Of a stretch of 64,000 nucleotides of DNA, positions 29,069-38,775 are shown piece after piece. Within the stretch, counting starts at the first letter, position 1. Every line of letters starts with the position of its first letter. Under the pieces are notes generated by a model. That model was not told the DNA's origin. It searched no databases and was given only the letters and a program-made list of their open reading frames with translations. The DNA comes from Candidatus Pelearchaeum maunauluense (lineage in GTDB: Archaea > Thermoproteota > Nitrososphaeria_A > Caldarchaeales > Caldarchaeaceae). The DNA is taken from the NCBI GenBank assembly GCA_030059675.1, contig JANVYQ010000002.1:160001-224000 (forward strand). The letters run 5' to 3'. Both the position numbers and the translations under genes were made by a program.

Positions 29069-30316
29069 TTGGTCCTAGGTGTCGCCAAGCTTGTATGTAG
29101 AATATGCGGTGCAGAATACCCGCCAACGCTAAGGAACGTGTGCGACAAGTGCCTAGGGGCAGTTGATGTTATATACGAAGAACCACACGAAAATCTCAAA
29201 AATCTGCTCTCAACACGCACGGCACGCGGGGTATGGCGTTATAAGGAACTTTTACCCATAACAAGGGAAGAGCATATAGTAGACATAGGTGCTGGAGGCT
29301 CGCCGCTCATCCGCGCTGAGGAGCTGGGTAGAAGGATAGGAATCCGGAAACTCCTAATCAAGAATGATACGATAAATCCGAGCTTCTCTTTTAAGGATAG
29401 ACCATCTTCAGTAGCGGTTTCAAAGGCGCGTGAATTCAACCTACCAGCGGTGGGCTGCGCATCAACGGGTAATTTAGCCTCAGCAACTTCCGCACATGCA
29501 TCGGCAGCAAATATTCCTTGTATAGTCCTAATGCCTGATACAGTCGAGCTTCCCAAAATACGACAAGCATCAATGTATGGCTCACACATAATCCTAGTGG
29601 ACGGAACATACGACGACACTAACCGACTAGCTTACTTACTAACTGAGAGGACGCGTATAGGAATGGTGAATGTGAATCTAAGACCATACTACGTAGAGGG
29701 CTCTAAGACTATGATGTTTGAGATAGTTGAGCAGCTTGGCTGGAGGGCTCCTGAGAATATAATAATACCTATGGCCAGCGGCGCGCTGTTAGGTGCTCTG
29801 CATAAAGCTCTACGCGAGCTAGAGGGATTCAACATCCTGGACGATATTAACACGGTCTTTCATGGTGTCCAGCCCGTGGGCTGCGCTCCCATAAGCGATG
29901 CTTATGCGCGGAATGCTGAAGAGGTCATTCCAGTCAAGACACCTAACACCATAGTGAAGAGTCTTGCTATAGGAAGTCCAGGAGACGGAGAATATGCTCT
30001 AGGAATAGTGCGTAAGACAGGCGGAACATGCCAAGCCATAAGCGACAAAGACACTGTGGAGGCTGTTCACCTACTATGCCAGACTACTGGAATATATGCT
30101 GAGCCTGGCGGAGCTATCACGGTCGCTGCAGCCAAAAAAATGCGTGAAGAAGGCATATTGGATGCGGGGGATGAGGTGGTATGCTGCGTAACAGGCGCTG
30201 GCTATAAGGCTGACGAACTCATAGAACCGCGTGGCAAGACATATGCGGTGAAGCCGAAGATATCAGAAGTGCTACAGAGATTAAGCGCAGAGCTGCCAGT
30301 AATAGCCAGTGCATGA
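29069..30316 (+). CDS. thrC: Threonine synthase (PLP, fold type II)
   Basis: NPSFSFKDR, ASTGN, EGSKT and TGAGYK; N-terminal CxxC pairs. Confidence 0.88.
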   Translation: MVLGVAKLVCRICGAEYPPTLRNVCDKCLGAVDVIYEEPHENLKNLLSTRTARGVWRYKELLPITREEHIVDIGAGGSPLIRAEELGRRIGIRKLLIKNDTINPSFSFKDRPSSVAVSKAREFNLPAVGCASTGNLASATSAHASAANIPCIVLMPDTVELPKIRQASMYGSHIILVDGTYDDTNRLAYLLTERTRIGMVNVNLRPYYVEGSKTMMFEIVEQLGWRAPENIIIPMASGALLGALHKALRELEGFNILDDINTVFHGVQPVGCAPISDAYARNAEEVIPVKTPNTIVKSLAIGSPGDGEYALGIVRKTGGTCQAISDKDTVEAVHLLCQTTGIYAEPGGAITVAAAKKMREEGILDAGDEVVCCVTGAGYKADELIEPRGKTYAVKPKISEVLQRLSAELPVIASA

Positions 30317-30628
30317 CTACTGTCGCTGATAAAGTTGCCTCAACAACTTTACAGCGTCAACAAACTTCGTCGAGGTTAATTGGAGCCCTTCAGATTCGCT
30401 TAACTCCCTTACAATTGACTGCTCTAAAATTGCGTAGCCCGGCCCGAAGATTGTACGTAAAGCTTGTGAGAAAATTTCAGGCTTGTCAGGTATTTCGCCC
30501 CGCCTAACTCCAAAACTATTTTCAAGATGAAAGTATAACGCTCTCGTACCATTCTCGCCTAGAACCGATAATGCCCTATCTACGGCGTCTTGGACTATTC
30601 TTCTTAGTATATCATGGTCTTTGCTTAT
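30317..30628 (-). CDS. Small NitrOD5/DUF3227-like protein downstream of the KaiC-like ATPase; ATA at the expected start
   Basis: Open frame ...DAVDRALSVLGENGTRALYFHLENSFGVRRGEIPDKPEIFSQALRTIFGPGYAILEQSIVREL...; no ATG/GTG/TTG at the 5' end. Confidence 0.6.
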   Translation of the reverse strand: MSKDHDILRRIVQDAVDRALSVLGENGTRALYFHLENSFGVRRGEIPDKPEIFSQALRTIFGPGYAILEQSIVRELSESEGLQLTSTKFVDAVKLLRQLYQRQ

Positions 30629-30632
30629 GTTG

Positions 30633-32030
30633 CTACACCACTGGTGTTAGTCTCAGCTTGGGGAATCCTTCGGAATAGTCGTAGTAATCATACATTAGTG
30701 GGGATGGTGGCTTCGCCGTATATACGACCATAGCGCCCTCAACCTACTTAACGCATAAATGCATATCACACATGTCTGATATCTTGTCCTTTATCTCACT
30801 AGACGCCCTTGAACCAAATACGACTACATCATCATCTTCGCGTACCCTAATAATCATCTCTGAGATTTCCTTCATAATTTCATCACTCGGATAAATGTGC
30901 TCCAGCTTATCTACTCCCAACAATAAGAAACAAGGTTTCCTCCCATTCTTGCGAAGCTCTTGAATAGCACCACGTAGATTTTCCATACTCTTTTTAAATG
31001 ATGAACGGTCGAGTTTGAAATATTCCTTATCCTGTATATGTTCTCCGAAAATTCCTGTCTTTTGCCTCTCTTTTATATCTCGCTCATTAAGGTATGGTTT
31101 TATTGATTCGTTGATATATTGAGGTCTAACACCCCCAAAAGGTATTGCCACAACGCCTCCATCCTGAGCCAGCATATTCATCCTAATCTGCGCCAGAATG
31201 AAGAAATGCCATTCGGTGGGAGCGGTCTTACCTATCTCAAAAAATACTGCAGAACCCCCCTTTTTTAATCCGCCAGCGAGAAGTGCGTCAAAGTCTTCGC
31301 TTCCTGTCGAGTAATGTGTAGTTGTATGGGATATTGGCTTAAACTGTGATGGTTGTATCTTTTTTAGATTTTCTTCCTGGATGGGCTTGAATACTGTGAA
31401 TCTCCCCCCATAAAGCGTAAAGAGCCTTCTACGCCTTGCTATGGCCTGTCCTCGGATTTTCTCTACATAAATCTTCCTAGCTCGCCTATTCTCAAACTCT
31501 TCATCACGAAGCTCTATAACCGCATCAACCAAATAATCCGCGGCTGTTATGTCTGGATTCTCGCTTACTATAACTAGTGTAGAATCGCTTGACTCAACTA
31601 TTGCGGCAAGTGTCTTCTCTACACGAAGCCTCTCTTTCTCGTCAAGCTCCCGTGTTAGAGCATCAAGCGAATCCAAAACAATGAGAGGCAGCCTCAGTCT
31701 ATGCACAGCTTCAATAACCTTAGAAACTATATCAGAGACAGTACCTAGCCTGAGGTCTTCAAACGATACCTTGATAGCCTCAGCTAGATACTCCTGAACG
31801 GCACTCCTCTCCACAAGCTCTCTAATATGGGGGAAGTGCTGGCCGAGCTTAATCTCAGACACACGCGTAGATATGAACAACCCGCCTTTAGCAGCCTTAA
31901 GAAGCTATACAGCAAGAGTAGTCTTACCAGTCCCAGGCTCCCCCTTAATGATTATCGTCTTAATATTAGGGTCGATTAAGTCACCAATTCTAAACTCATT
32001 AACTAAATGCCATTCCTTACCAACGCTCAC
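30633..32030 (-). pseudogene. KaiC/GvpD-like double-RecA ATPase with two in-frame TAG codons
   Basis: KGEPGTGKTTLAV* (TAG 31905-31907), LDS, DYLVD, KIRG; second TAG 30744-30746 then GFPKLRLTPVV to stop 30633. Confidence 0.8.
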
Positions 32031-32096
32031 TAACAAAAACCACAAAACACAAACTTAAATCATTTATCATGCAAACATAGAAAGTACTAAGATATT

Positions 32097-32153
32097 GCTC
32101 AGAGCTCAAGATCTAGATCATAGCTCCTCTCAGCCTGGTCAGACTCATCATCG
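32097..32153 (-). ncRNA. Box C/D guide sRNA, predicted target tRNA-Leu
   Basis: C box ATGATGA 32151-32145, D' CTGA 32133-32130, C'-like ATGATCT, D CTGA 32102-32099; 11-12 nt guides; TTTAAAA ~30 nt upstream. Confidence 0.75.
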
Positions 32154-32265
32154 CATTATAGAAAATGCTAAATTGTGTTTTAAATTTATCGTCGTTGGAA
32201 GCTGTGTAATACTCAACAACGTGTCTGAGGTAGGTTTTATGTAGGAGATTTTCGTTTGTTGTGAT

Positions 32266-33060
32266 GTGAGTTTTGAGACTATACGCGTAGAGGATAGAGG
32301 AAGCATTAGGTACGTCGTGTTGAATAGGCCAGAGTCCTTCAACGCCTTTACTACCGAGATGCGTTATGAGCTGTTAGAAGCGTTTAGGGCGTCTGAGCTT
32401 GATGAAGGTATTCGCGTGATTGTCATAACGGGGGCTGGAAAGGCTTTTGCAAGCGGTGAAGATCTGAAGGAGCTGTGGGGTCTGTATAAGGCTGGTAAGC
32501 GTCCCGATTTTAAGAAGATGCTTGAAGAGGAATACCATCCATTACTGGTTGCTCTTCGGAGGTCGCGGAAGCCGTTTATCGCTGCAATAAACGGCGCTGC
32601 TGCTGGTGCTGGGTTAAGCTTGGCGTTAGCGTGCGACTATAGAGTAGCATCTGAAAACGCTACCTTTACTACTGCGTTCATACGCGTAGGGTTAATACCT
32701 GATACTGGGGCGAATTACTTCTTACCGAGGCTCGTGGGGCTGGCTAAGGCTCTAGAGCTCTGCCTTCTAAGCCCCCGCCTAACAGCTCAAGAAGCTCTCA
32801 ATATAGGGCTGGTCAATAAAGTAGTTCCTGCTGGTGATTTTGAGAAGGCAGTAGAGGAGACTGCTCTAATGTTTGCCGAACTACCTCCCCTAGCTGTGGG
32901 ATATATTAAAGAGGCAATAAACGCAAGCCTGAGCCAAACGTTGGAGGATGCGCTTAAGCTTGAGGCAGAGCTCCAAGATAGGGCTGGAAGAAGCGAGGAT
33001 CACCTAGAAGGGGTTAGGGCTTTCATAGAAAAACGTAAACCAAGCTTCAAGGGGAGGTAG
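32266..33060 (+). CDS. Enoyl-CoA hydratase/isomerase (PaaG-like)
   Basis: LNRPE..NA, AFASGEDL, NGAAAGAG, GLIPD and EGVRAF.EKR. Confidence 0.9.
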   Translation: MSFETIRVEDRGSIRYVVLNRPESFNAFTTEMRYELLEAFRASELDEGIRVIVITGAGKAFASGEDLKELWGLYKAGKRPDFKKMLEEEYHPLLVALRRSRKPFIAAINGAAAGAGLSLALACDYRVASENATFTTAFIRVGLIPDTGANYFLPRLVGLAKALELCLLSPRLTAQEALNIGLVNKVVPAGDFEKAVEETALMFAELPPLAVGYIKEAINASLSQTLEDALKLEAELQDRAGRSEDHLEGVRAFIEKRKPSFKGR

Positions 33061-34072
33061 ATAGCTCGGCAAGCTTAGCCTCAACAGGTGTGAAGTCCCC
33101 CGTCAAAACCTCATAGTGTATATCATCTCCAATCTTCCTTACCACAACACCGCACCAACATAAAAATTCTAAATGTGATATAGTCTCCAGCAGGGCAAGC
33201 CATTTATCAAGCGCAGAGAGAGTGTCAAAATGGCCGCGTGACCACTTTATTTGACGCGCCACTTCTGTTATCTTTGATTCACCCGATAGTAGCGCTTCAA
33301 GAGTTTGCCTAAGCCGCTCATTATGGTGGTGATAAAGCTCTCCGATTCTACTTTCGGCGGAACTGAAAGGCTCGCCGTGGGAGGGAATAACTATCGATGG
33401 CCGTATGCGCTTAACCATTGTAAGCGAAGCCAGATAATCCCTCAGGGGATTATAGCCCTTTATAGGATAAAACGGCACGTTAGATGTCTCTTCGGGGAGA
33501 AGATGGTCTCCTGAGATAAGCGCCCCATTATCATTATTGTACAGACAAACATGTCCTGGAGTATGTCCTGGAGTGTGAATTATTCTCCAAATACCGCTTA
33601 TGCTTTCTATTGATAGTCCTTCGTTAATCAGCTGGTTAGGTCTTGGTATATTTTTACGCTCTTGCGATATAATCTTCAAAACCTTATCCATAATAATATC
33701 CTGCACACCTAACAGTCTAAGCCATGAAACTCCTTCTTCGGAAACAGCTCTTGATAAGGCGTTTATAACCTCCATCTCCCTCCGATGCATCATGACGCTA
33801 GGGGAGAAACGTGCAATAACCTGGTTAACGCCGCCATAATGGTCGTAATGTATATGGGTTATTATTAGTCGGCTTATCCTGATACTGTTTCCCAACTCAT
33901 CATGAATTGTTGAAAGCAACTCGCGTGATGTGCTGTGAAATCCAGCGTCAACCATGGTATATTCGTCATTTTTATTCTGTATTAGGAAGACATTTACATG
34001 GCCAATCCCGCCCTCGGAATAATCTATCCTAATCCTATAAAGCCCGTCAAATATCGTGGAGAATCTGCTCAT
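33047..34072 (-). CDS. MBL-fold metallo-hydrolase with C-terminal winged helix
   Basis: THIHYDH, HTPGHTPGH, SGDH and PSHG. Confidence 0.85.
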   Translation of the reverse strand: MSRFSTIFDGLYRIRIDYSEGGIGHVNVFLIQNKNDEYTMVDAGFHSTSRELLSTIHDELGNSIRISRLIITHIHYDHYGGVNQVIARFSPSVMMHRREMEVINALSRAVSEEGVSWLRLLGVQDIIMDKVLKIISQERKNIPRPNQLINEGLSIESISGIWRIIHTPGHTPGHVCLYNNDNGALISGDHLLPEETSNVPFYPIKGYNPLRDYLASLTMVKRIRPSIVIPSHGEPFSSAESRIGELYHHHNERLRQTLEALLSGESKITEVARQIKWSRGHFDTLSALDKWLALLETISHLEFLCWCGVVVRKIGDDIHYEVLTGDFTPVEAKLAELSTSP

Positions 34073-34120
34073 ATACTCCTCGGCGTTATGTAGCGTTATT
34101 ACCTTGGTATTTTAGTGCTA

Positions 34121-34170
34121 CCCCCCCTCACTTTCAATCACCTCTCCATACTTAATTCCAGTCTTGAAAC
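34121..34170. promoter_or_regulatory. Two degenerate ORB-like boxes upstream of cdc6
   Basis: Minus strand TTGAAAGTGAGGGGGGG (34137-34121); plus strand TTCCAgtcttGAAAC (34156-34170). Confidence 0.35.
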
Positions 34171-34669
34171 ACTTAGAATTTGGATAATGAGGCTATTCAA
34201 AGACGAGGAGAGGTTATCCCCTGAATATGTTCCGAGCAAACTACCTCATAGAGAGAAGGAATTTTCAATTCTCAAGTGATTCTTCTCCTCACTCATAAGT
34301 GGAAAGACGCAGTATAGTGTGCGTGCCGTGATTACAGGCTCCGTTGGAACTGGAAAGACTTCGCTAGCTAAATTATGCGGCCAAGGAGTAGAGCTGGAAG
34401 CAAGAAAAAACAGAAGAACAGTACATTACATACACATAAACTGCAGGATTAACCGTTCTCTATACTCGGTTCTTAGGAGGCTGGGCGAGGTTATAAACGC
34501 GCCACTACCCAAACGCGGCTTCTCAGATGAAGAGGTTATGCATTCTCTGCTTAAGTATCTTTCAAGGAGCAACACATACGTAATTCTGGGATTGGATGAG
34601 GTGGAGGTTCTATTCTCAGAAGAAGGGGCTGAGCCTTTCTATTTCCTCTCACGTATAGGTGAGGAAACC

Positions 34670-34905
34670 GCCGAATCCGCCTCGTTCGAAAATTGCAGTG
34701 CCGACACTCGAGATTTTCCCCCCTTCCCATGACTAGGGCAAGGTTTCTAACCGAAACTTGTATATTGAACAATTTGGCGAGCGCGGTGGCAACCGCTAGA
34801 GCCAGCTGAGTCCCGGATCCTAATCCAACATGCTCAGGAATTGTCTGTTTGACATTAATGGAAACTTTAGCTTCTACATGATACTTTTCGAGGAATCTGC
34901 TCCAC
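34670..34905 (-). pseudogene. Internal fragment of a beta-RFAP synthase (GHMP kinase family)
   Basis: IPEHVGLGSGTQLALA...MGRG, then a shifted frame reading SSVGTAIFERGGF. Confidence 0.7.
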
Positions 34906-34909
34906 CCAT

Positions 34910-35441
34910 AAGCTGCTCCGCCACACCCCCTCCCCCATCTCGGATAGGCCGTCATGCACTCAAATTCCTCCGCTTGCTGCTGTCCGCTTTGTAAGGCGAA
35001 GTAATATTCATCCGCCACATACGTCGGGTGCAGCTCACCTATCCTTCGGCATCTGGCGATGATGATCTTCTTGGCAGCGGGTTTGACGCCGAACTCATCG
35101 CGAATCTGTTCAAGGACAGTCCATGCAGACCTCGGGCGGAGGAATGGGACTCTGCCTCTTTCCTTTTCCCATTCCTCCCTTTCGGTCGCTTTTTCCTTCT
35201 TCCTTTCTTTCTCCTTCTCCTTTTCAGGCTCTAACTCCTCTAAGCCGACCTTCTTGATGAACTTCTTTGGTACCAGCTCCATCCCCACATCCTTTCCACA
35301 GGTTGAGCACTTGACCCAGCCACGCCTCGAACTGTGGTAAAGGAACTCAGTCACTGGCTGTCCACAGCTCGGACACTCAAAAGTTTCTTGTTCCGGACTC
35401 TCCTTCTCTTTTACTTCTTCTATATCCAACATTTTTGACAC
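34910..35441 (-). pseudogene. Zn-ribbon protein fragment of probable mobile/foreign origin
   Basis: CPSC...CSTC and an E/K-rich linker; runs in frame into the RFAP fragment. Confidence 0.45.
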
Positions 35442-35591
35442 TTCACTTAAGTTCCGACTTGAGTGGACTTAAAGTTATTCTTGGTTATAGTTAAGTGTGG
35501 ACGCGCATAAGCCGACATTGTCGCTTCGCTTCTCTGGGTGAGGACTACCAAGATTTCTTTTGCCACGATTTTATCCTGGGCCTGTTATCGC

Positions 35592-36505
35592 TTATCCCGC
35601 CTGTCTTAGTAGAGGTATTGCATACTCTAGGGCTAGTTTGAGGGTTTCCTTCCTAGATTTCGTTATGGTCTTCTTCGCGTGGTTCTTGTCTACGTATTCT
35701 TCTCCTGTTAGGAGTAGGTGCCATATGGCTGTGAGTAACTTCCTTGCCGTGGCAACTATCGCTATCTTGTGTCCTCTTCTCCCTCTCATTCTTAGGTAGA
35801 ATTGTCTGATCTGACTGTTTCTCGCCTTGATGGCTACCGTTGCACATTGGACCGTTATCCTTCTGATCCATTTGTTTCTTCTCTTTGTGATGTGTCCAGA
35901 CCTTGCTTTTTCCCGACTGATTGGTATGTTAATGGTGCTAATCCTGACCATGAGGCTACCTGCTTATCGTTCTTGAAGCGTTTCGGGTCTCCTATCTCCG
36001 CTATCACTACTGATGCTGAGACCTCCCCTAATCCAGGCACCTTGCACAATCTCTCAACGTCTTTCTCGTTTATGGTCTCCGCTATTTTCGAGTTGAGCTG
36101 CCTGATCTACTCCTCAAGCCTGTTCACGTTTTCCAGGCACGTCTTCAGCTCTATTATGTCTGCCTCTCCTAGAACTCCTAGGATTGATGCCTTCACTTCT
36201 TCATCTTCAGCCTTTTGGAACCGTACTTCTCTATCACCTCGTCTATGTCTTCTCCTTCATCAGCACGCGTGCGCGCGCTTCCTCCGTCTTGACTGTTGTT
36301 ACGAGTAGGTCTCTGTACACGTCCATTCCGAATACGCGTTCCATTTCAAGTTCACCCCTATTTACGGTTTGGAGGGCGCCCTCTCATTTAGACATCTTGC
36401 CACTCAGGCTCTGCGGCCTATTCATCCTTGAGCGTCGGGCGCGCTACTCGTTGCTTCTGGAGCTTCTACAAGGTCACCTACCGATGGAATGGTCAATAAC
36501 ATGAA
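35592..36505 (-). mobile_element. IS110-family remnant: internally deleted, frameshifted recombinase plus upstream non-coding end
   Basis: Start 36344 MERVFGMDV; C-terminal VPGLG...AEIGD..RF...SWSGLAP...QS and AIVATARKL; stops and frameshifts. Confidence 0.8.
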
Positions 36506-37539
36506 TAGGAGGGATGCTTTGATTAAGTTACGAATTATCTCTCTCCCACGTTTGATTTGGACCGCTTCCAATCAGATCGTGCACGCTAAAACTTCCTACG
36601 CTTGCACATCACCATCCTCTCACGCGTTCTCACCAATCTGACTTCGTTATTGCTGCATGTATCTTCCCTCTTAGGGAGCTATGCTTGAAATAAGCCCTGT
36701 ATTCCCGCAAGACCGAACGTCCTGAGCGACATCAACCTCACAAAAAGATATAAAACACGACTGGGGATGTAAAATATGTGAGATAGATGGCTTACAAAAA
36801 AACGAAAAGAACGCAAATAAGGAAGTATTCGCTCGCTGCACTGATAGAATCCCGAAGCACCTGGAAGATTATCCATAATTGTTATACTCGCGACCCTGAA
36901 GTATTAGATAGGCTTGACGTCCAAACACGAAGCAGCCTACTGGGCACTGCGGTGCATCTCAGCGAATATAGCTACTAACAGCTCTTGGATATAATAAGGT
37001 ATCGTGCCAACGAAGCTCTTTACCTTGGAGTACTTGCTGAAGAGACACTGGAGTTTTTAGCCGATGTATCTGCTGAGCGGGGAGACGCTAGGTATGCTAT
37101 AGACCTACTCTGGCGCTCAGGAAAATTCGCCGAAGCCGACAATTCTGAGAAAATAACTCCAGAACATGTTCGGCGAGCTATCGCTAGTGTATATCCAACC
37201 ATAAGACGAGAGAATCTTTCATATCTATCTCGTGATGAAGCGCTTATTCTACTTGCATGCGCAAAAACGCTAAGTAGCAATAGAGCATATACAACGTCAG
37301 CCGAGATTTTTGACATATACAAACTGGTATGCGAAGAGAAGGGGGTTGTCCCAAAGGGGTACACGTGGTTCTGGGAAACTCTACAAAAGCTTCAGTACTT
37401 AGGTTTTCTAAGTATAAGAGTTAGAAGCGAGGGCTCACGTGGGGGGAAGGAAATCTCATATCTCCCTGCCTGGAATACCTGCCCCCCTACTAGAAGCTGA
37501 GCTCTCTAAAGCCATTAACACGAGCAACAAACCTTAGAG

Positions 37540-38775
37540 CTACTTCTTACTTGACTTCAAGCCGCTTGCTAAATAGCTGACCTCACTCTTATCAAAGTCG
37601 AAGAACTTTGCTATACCCCGTGCTTTAGCTCCATTATGAGAGAAGATAAACGATATGAATGGTAGGATTTCGCGCCATGCTTTGCTAGTAGAAAGATGAC
37701 ACCTGGCCGCTATTTTCGCAGCGATACGTTCGCGCATCTCCCTCTCGTTGCGTGTGTTGCTCATGAATCGTATCTTGGACGGGAAACTGAACTTGGCAAA
37801 TTTGGTTGGAGCTTTATGCCTGGCCGCTGCCATGCCAGTAGTTATAAGAGGGGTGACGTACTTCATCAACCCCCATCGCTGAAGCCGTGCTGTACGTTGA
37901 AGATGCATATCTGCACGGGCAAGCCGCTCTAAGGCTTCCGCCAATGCATCTATATCAGGTATCTGCTCTGGAGCATTATCAAACACCCATTGATAAAAAG
38001 ACTGCAAATCCATGTTAAGTCCTTCCAACGCTAGTCGTCCATCGCGTATGCTCTTGGCGTTGAACGCCGCGGCAAGTGCGGAGAATATCTCACGGTCACG
38101 TAATCTATATCCTAAAGCATTCAATGTTTCGCGGCTTACGGCTCCTGTGGCCGCGATAGCTTGTAGGTCGTTTATAGCTGAGCGTAGATCTCCATTACTC
38201 CTATCTGCTATCTCTTTTAGTACTTCGTCAGAACATTTAAGACCTTCCGCAGTACATATCTTTTTCAAATGACTGACTATCGTAGCTTTATGTATCCTCT
38301 TAAACTCTATCAGCTGAGCCTTTTCGCGAAGTCCAGCTAACCGCTGGTCCCATGGATTATTAGCTACTAAAACTATCGGCACGCGTGTGTTGGTTATCAC
38401 TTTGGATAATGCGGATACTCCTCCAACATCCTCTTTCCCCGCCAATCCATCAACCTCATCCACTAGTATTATTCGTTTCCTCAGCCCAGTGATTGTTGCT
38501 TGCTGTGAGGCTAGGCCTACAATTTGCTCGACTTTTTCAGCTGTTCTGAAGTCGCTTGCATTAACCTCAACCACGTCTAGGCCGTTCTCATTTGCATACG
38601 CCAAAACAAGCGAGGTTTTTCCAACTCCGGCGGGGCCGTAAAGAAGTGCAGCTTTCTTAGATGGTTTGCCAGCACTCCACTGTTTAGCCCAAGCTAGGAA
38701 AGACTCTATAGCCTCCTTATTCCCAACGACCTCGGATACTCGTTTCGGTCTGTATTTTTCCGTCCAGGGAATCAT
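37540..38775 (-). CDS. rfcL: Replication factor C large subunit
   Basis: PWTEKYRP, GPAGVGKT, NASD, DEVD and GDLRSAIN. Confidence 0.93.
   Translation of the reverse strand: MIPWTEKYRPKRVSEVVGNKEAIESFLAWAKQWSAGKPSKKAALLYGPAGVGKTSLVLAYANENGLDVVEVNASDFRTAEKVEQIVGLASQQATITGLRKRIILVDEVDGLAGKEDVGGVSALSKVITNTRVPIVLVANNPWDQRLAGLREKAQLIEFKRIHKATIVSHLKKICTAEGLKCSDEVLKEIADRSNGDLRSAINDLQAIAATGAVSRETLNALGYRLRDREIFSALAAAFNAKSIRDGRLALEGLNMDLQSFYQWVFDNAPEQIPDIDALAEALERLARADMHLQRTARLQRWGLMKYVTPLITTGMAAARHKAPTKFAKFSFPSKIRFMSNTRNEREMRERIAAKIAARCHLSTSKAWREILPFISFIFSHNGAKARGIAKFFDFDKSEVSYLASGLKSSKK

Larger units (their letters stand above)
34187..37500 (+). pseudogene. cdc6: orc1/cdc6 pseudogene with nonsense codons, a frameshift and a ~2.2 kb insertion
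   Basis: LSPEYVP..LPHRE, TGA 34277, GSVGTGKT, INC, LDE; resumes ~36857 (PGRLSIIVI/TRDPE), TAA 36976, GDARYAID. Confidence 0.88.

Noticed and set aside
32121-32144. tRNA D-arm-like sequence on the + strand
   Set aside because: No acceptor stem or T-arm; it is the antisense of the C/D sRNA guide.
34551-35441. 296 aa ORF as one novel protein
   Set aside because: Chimera of a Zn-ribbon fragment, an RFAP synthase fragment and antisense cdc6 sequence.
15219-36110. Genome-wide TAG recoding (pyrrolysine-like), suggested by in-frame TAGs in dsbA, the KaiC/GvpD gene (twice) and IS110
   Set aside because: TAG ends many core genes here (rps11, rps4, mcm, smc, dnaK). The TAGs replace different expected residues, and cdc6 has TGA/TAA lesions, so ordinary nonsense decay explains them.
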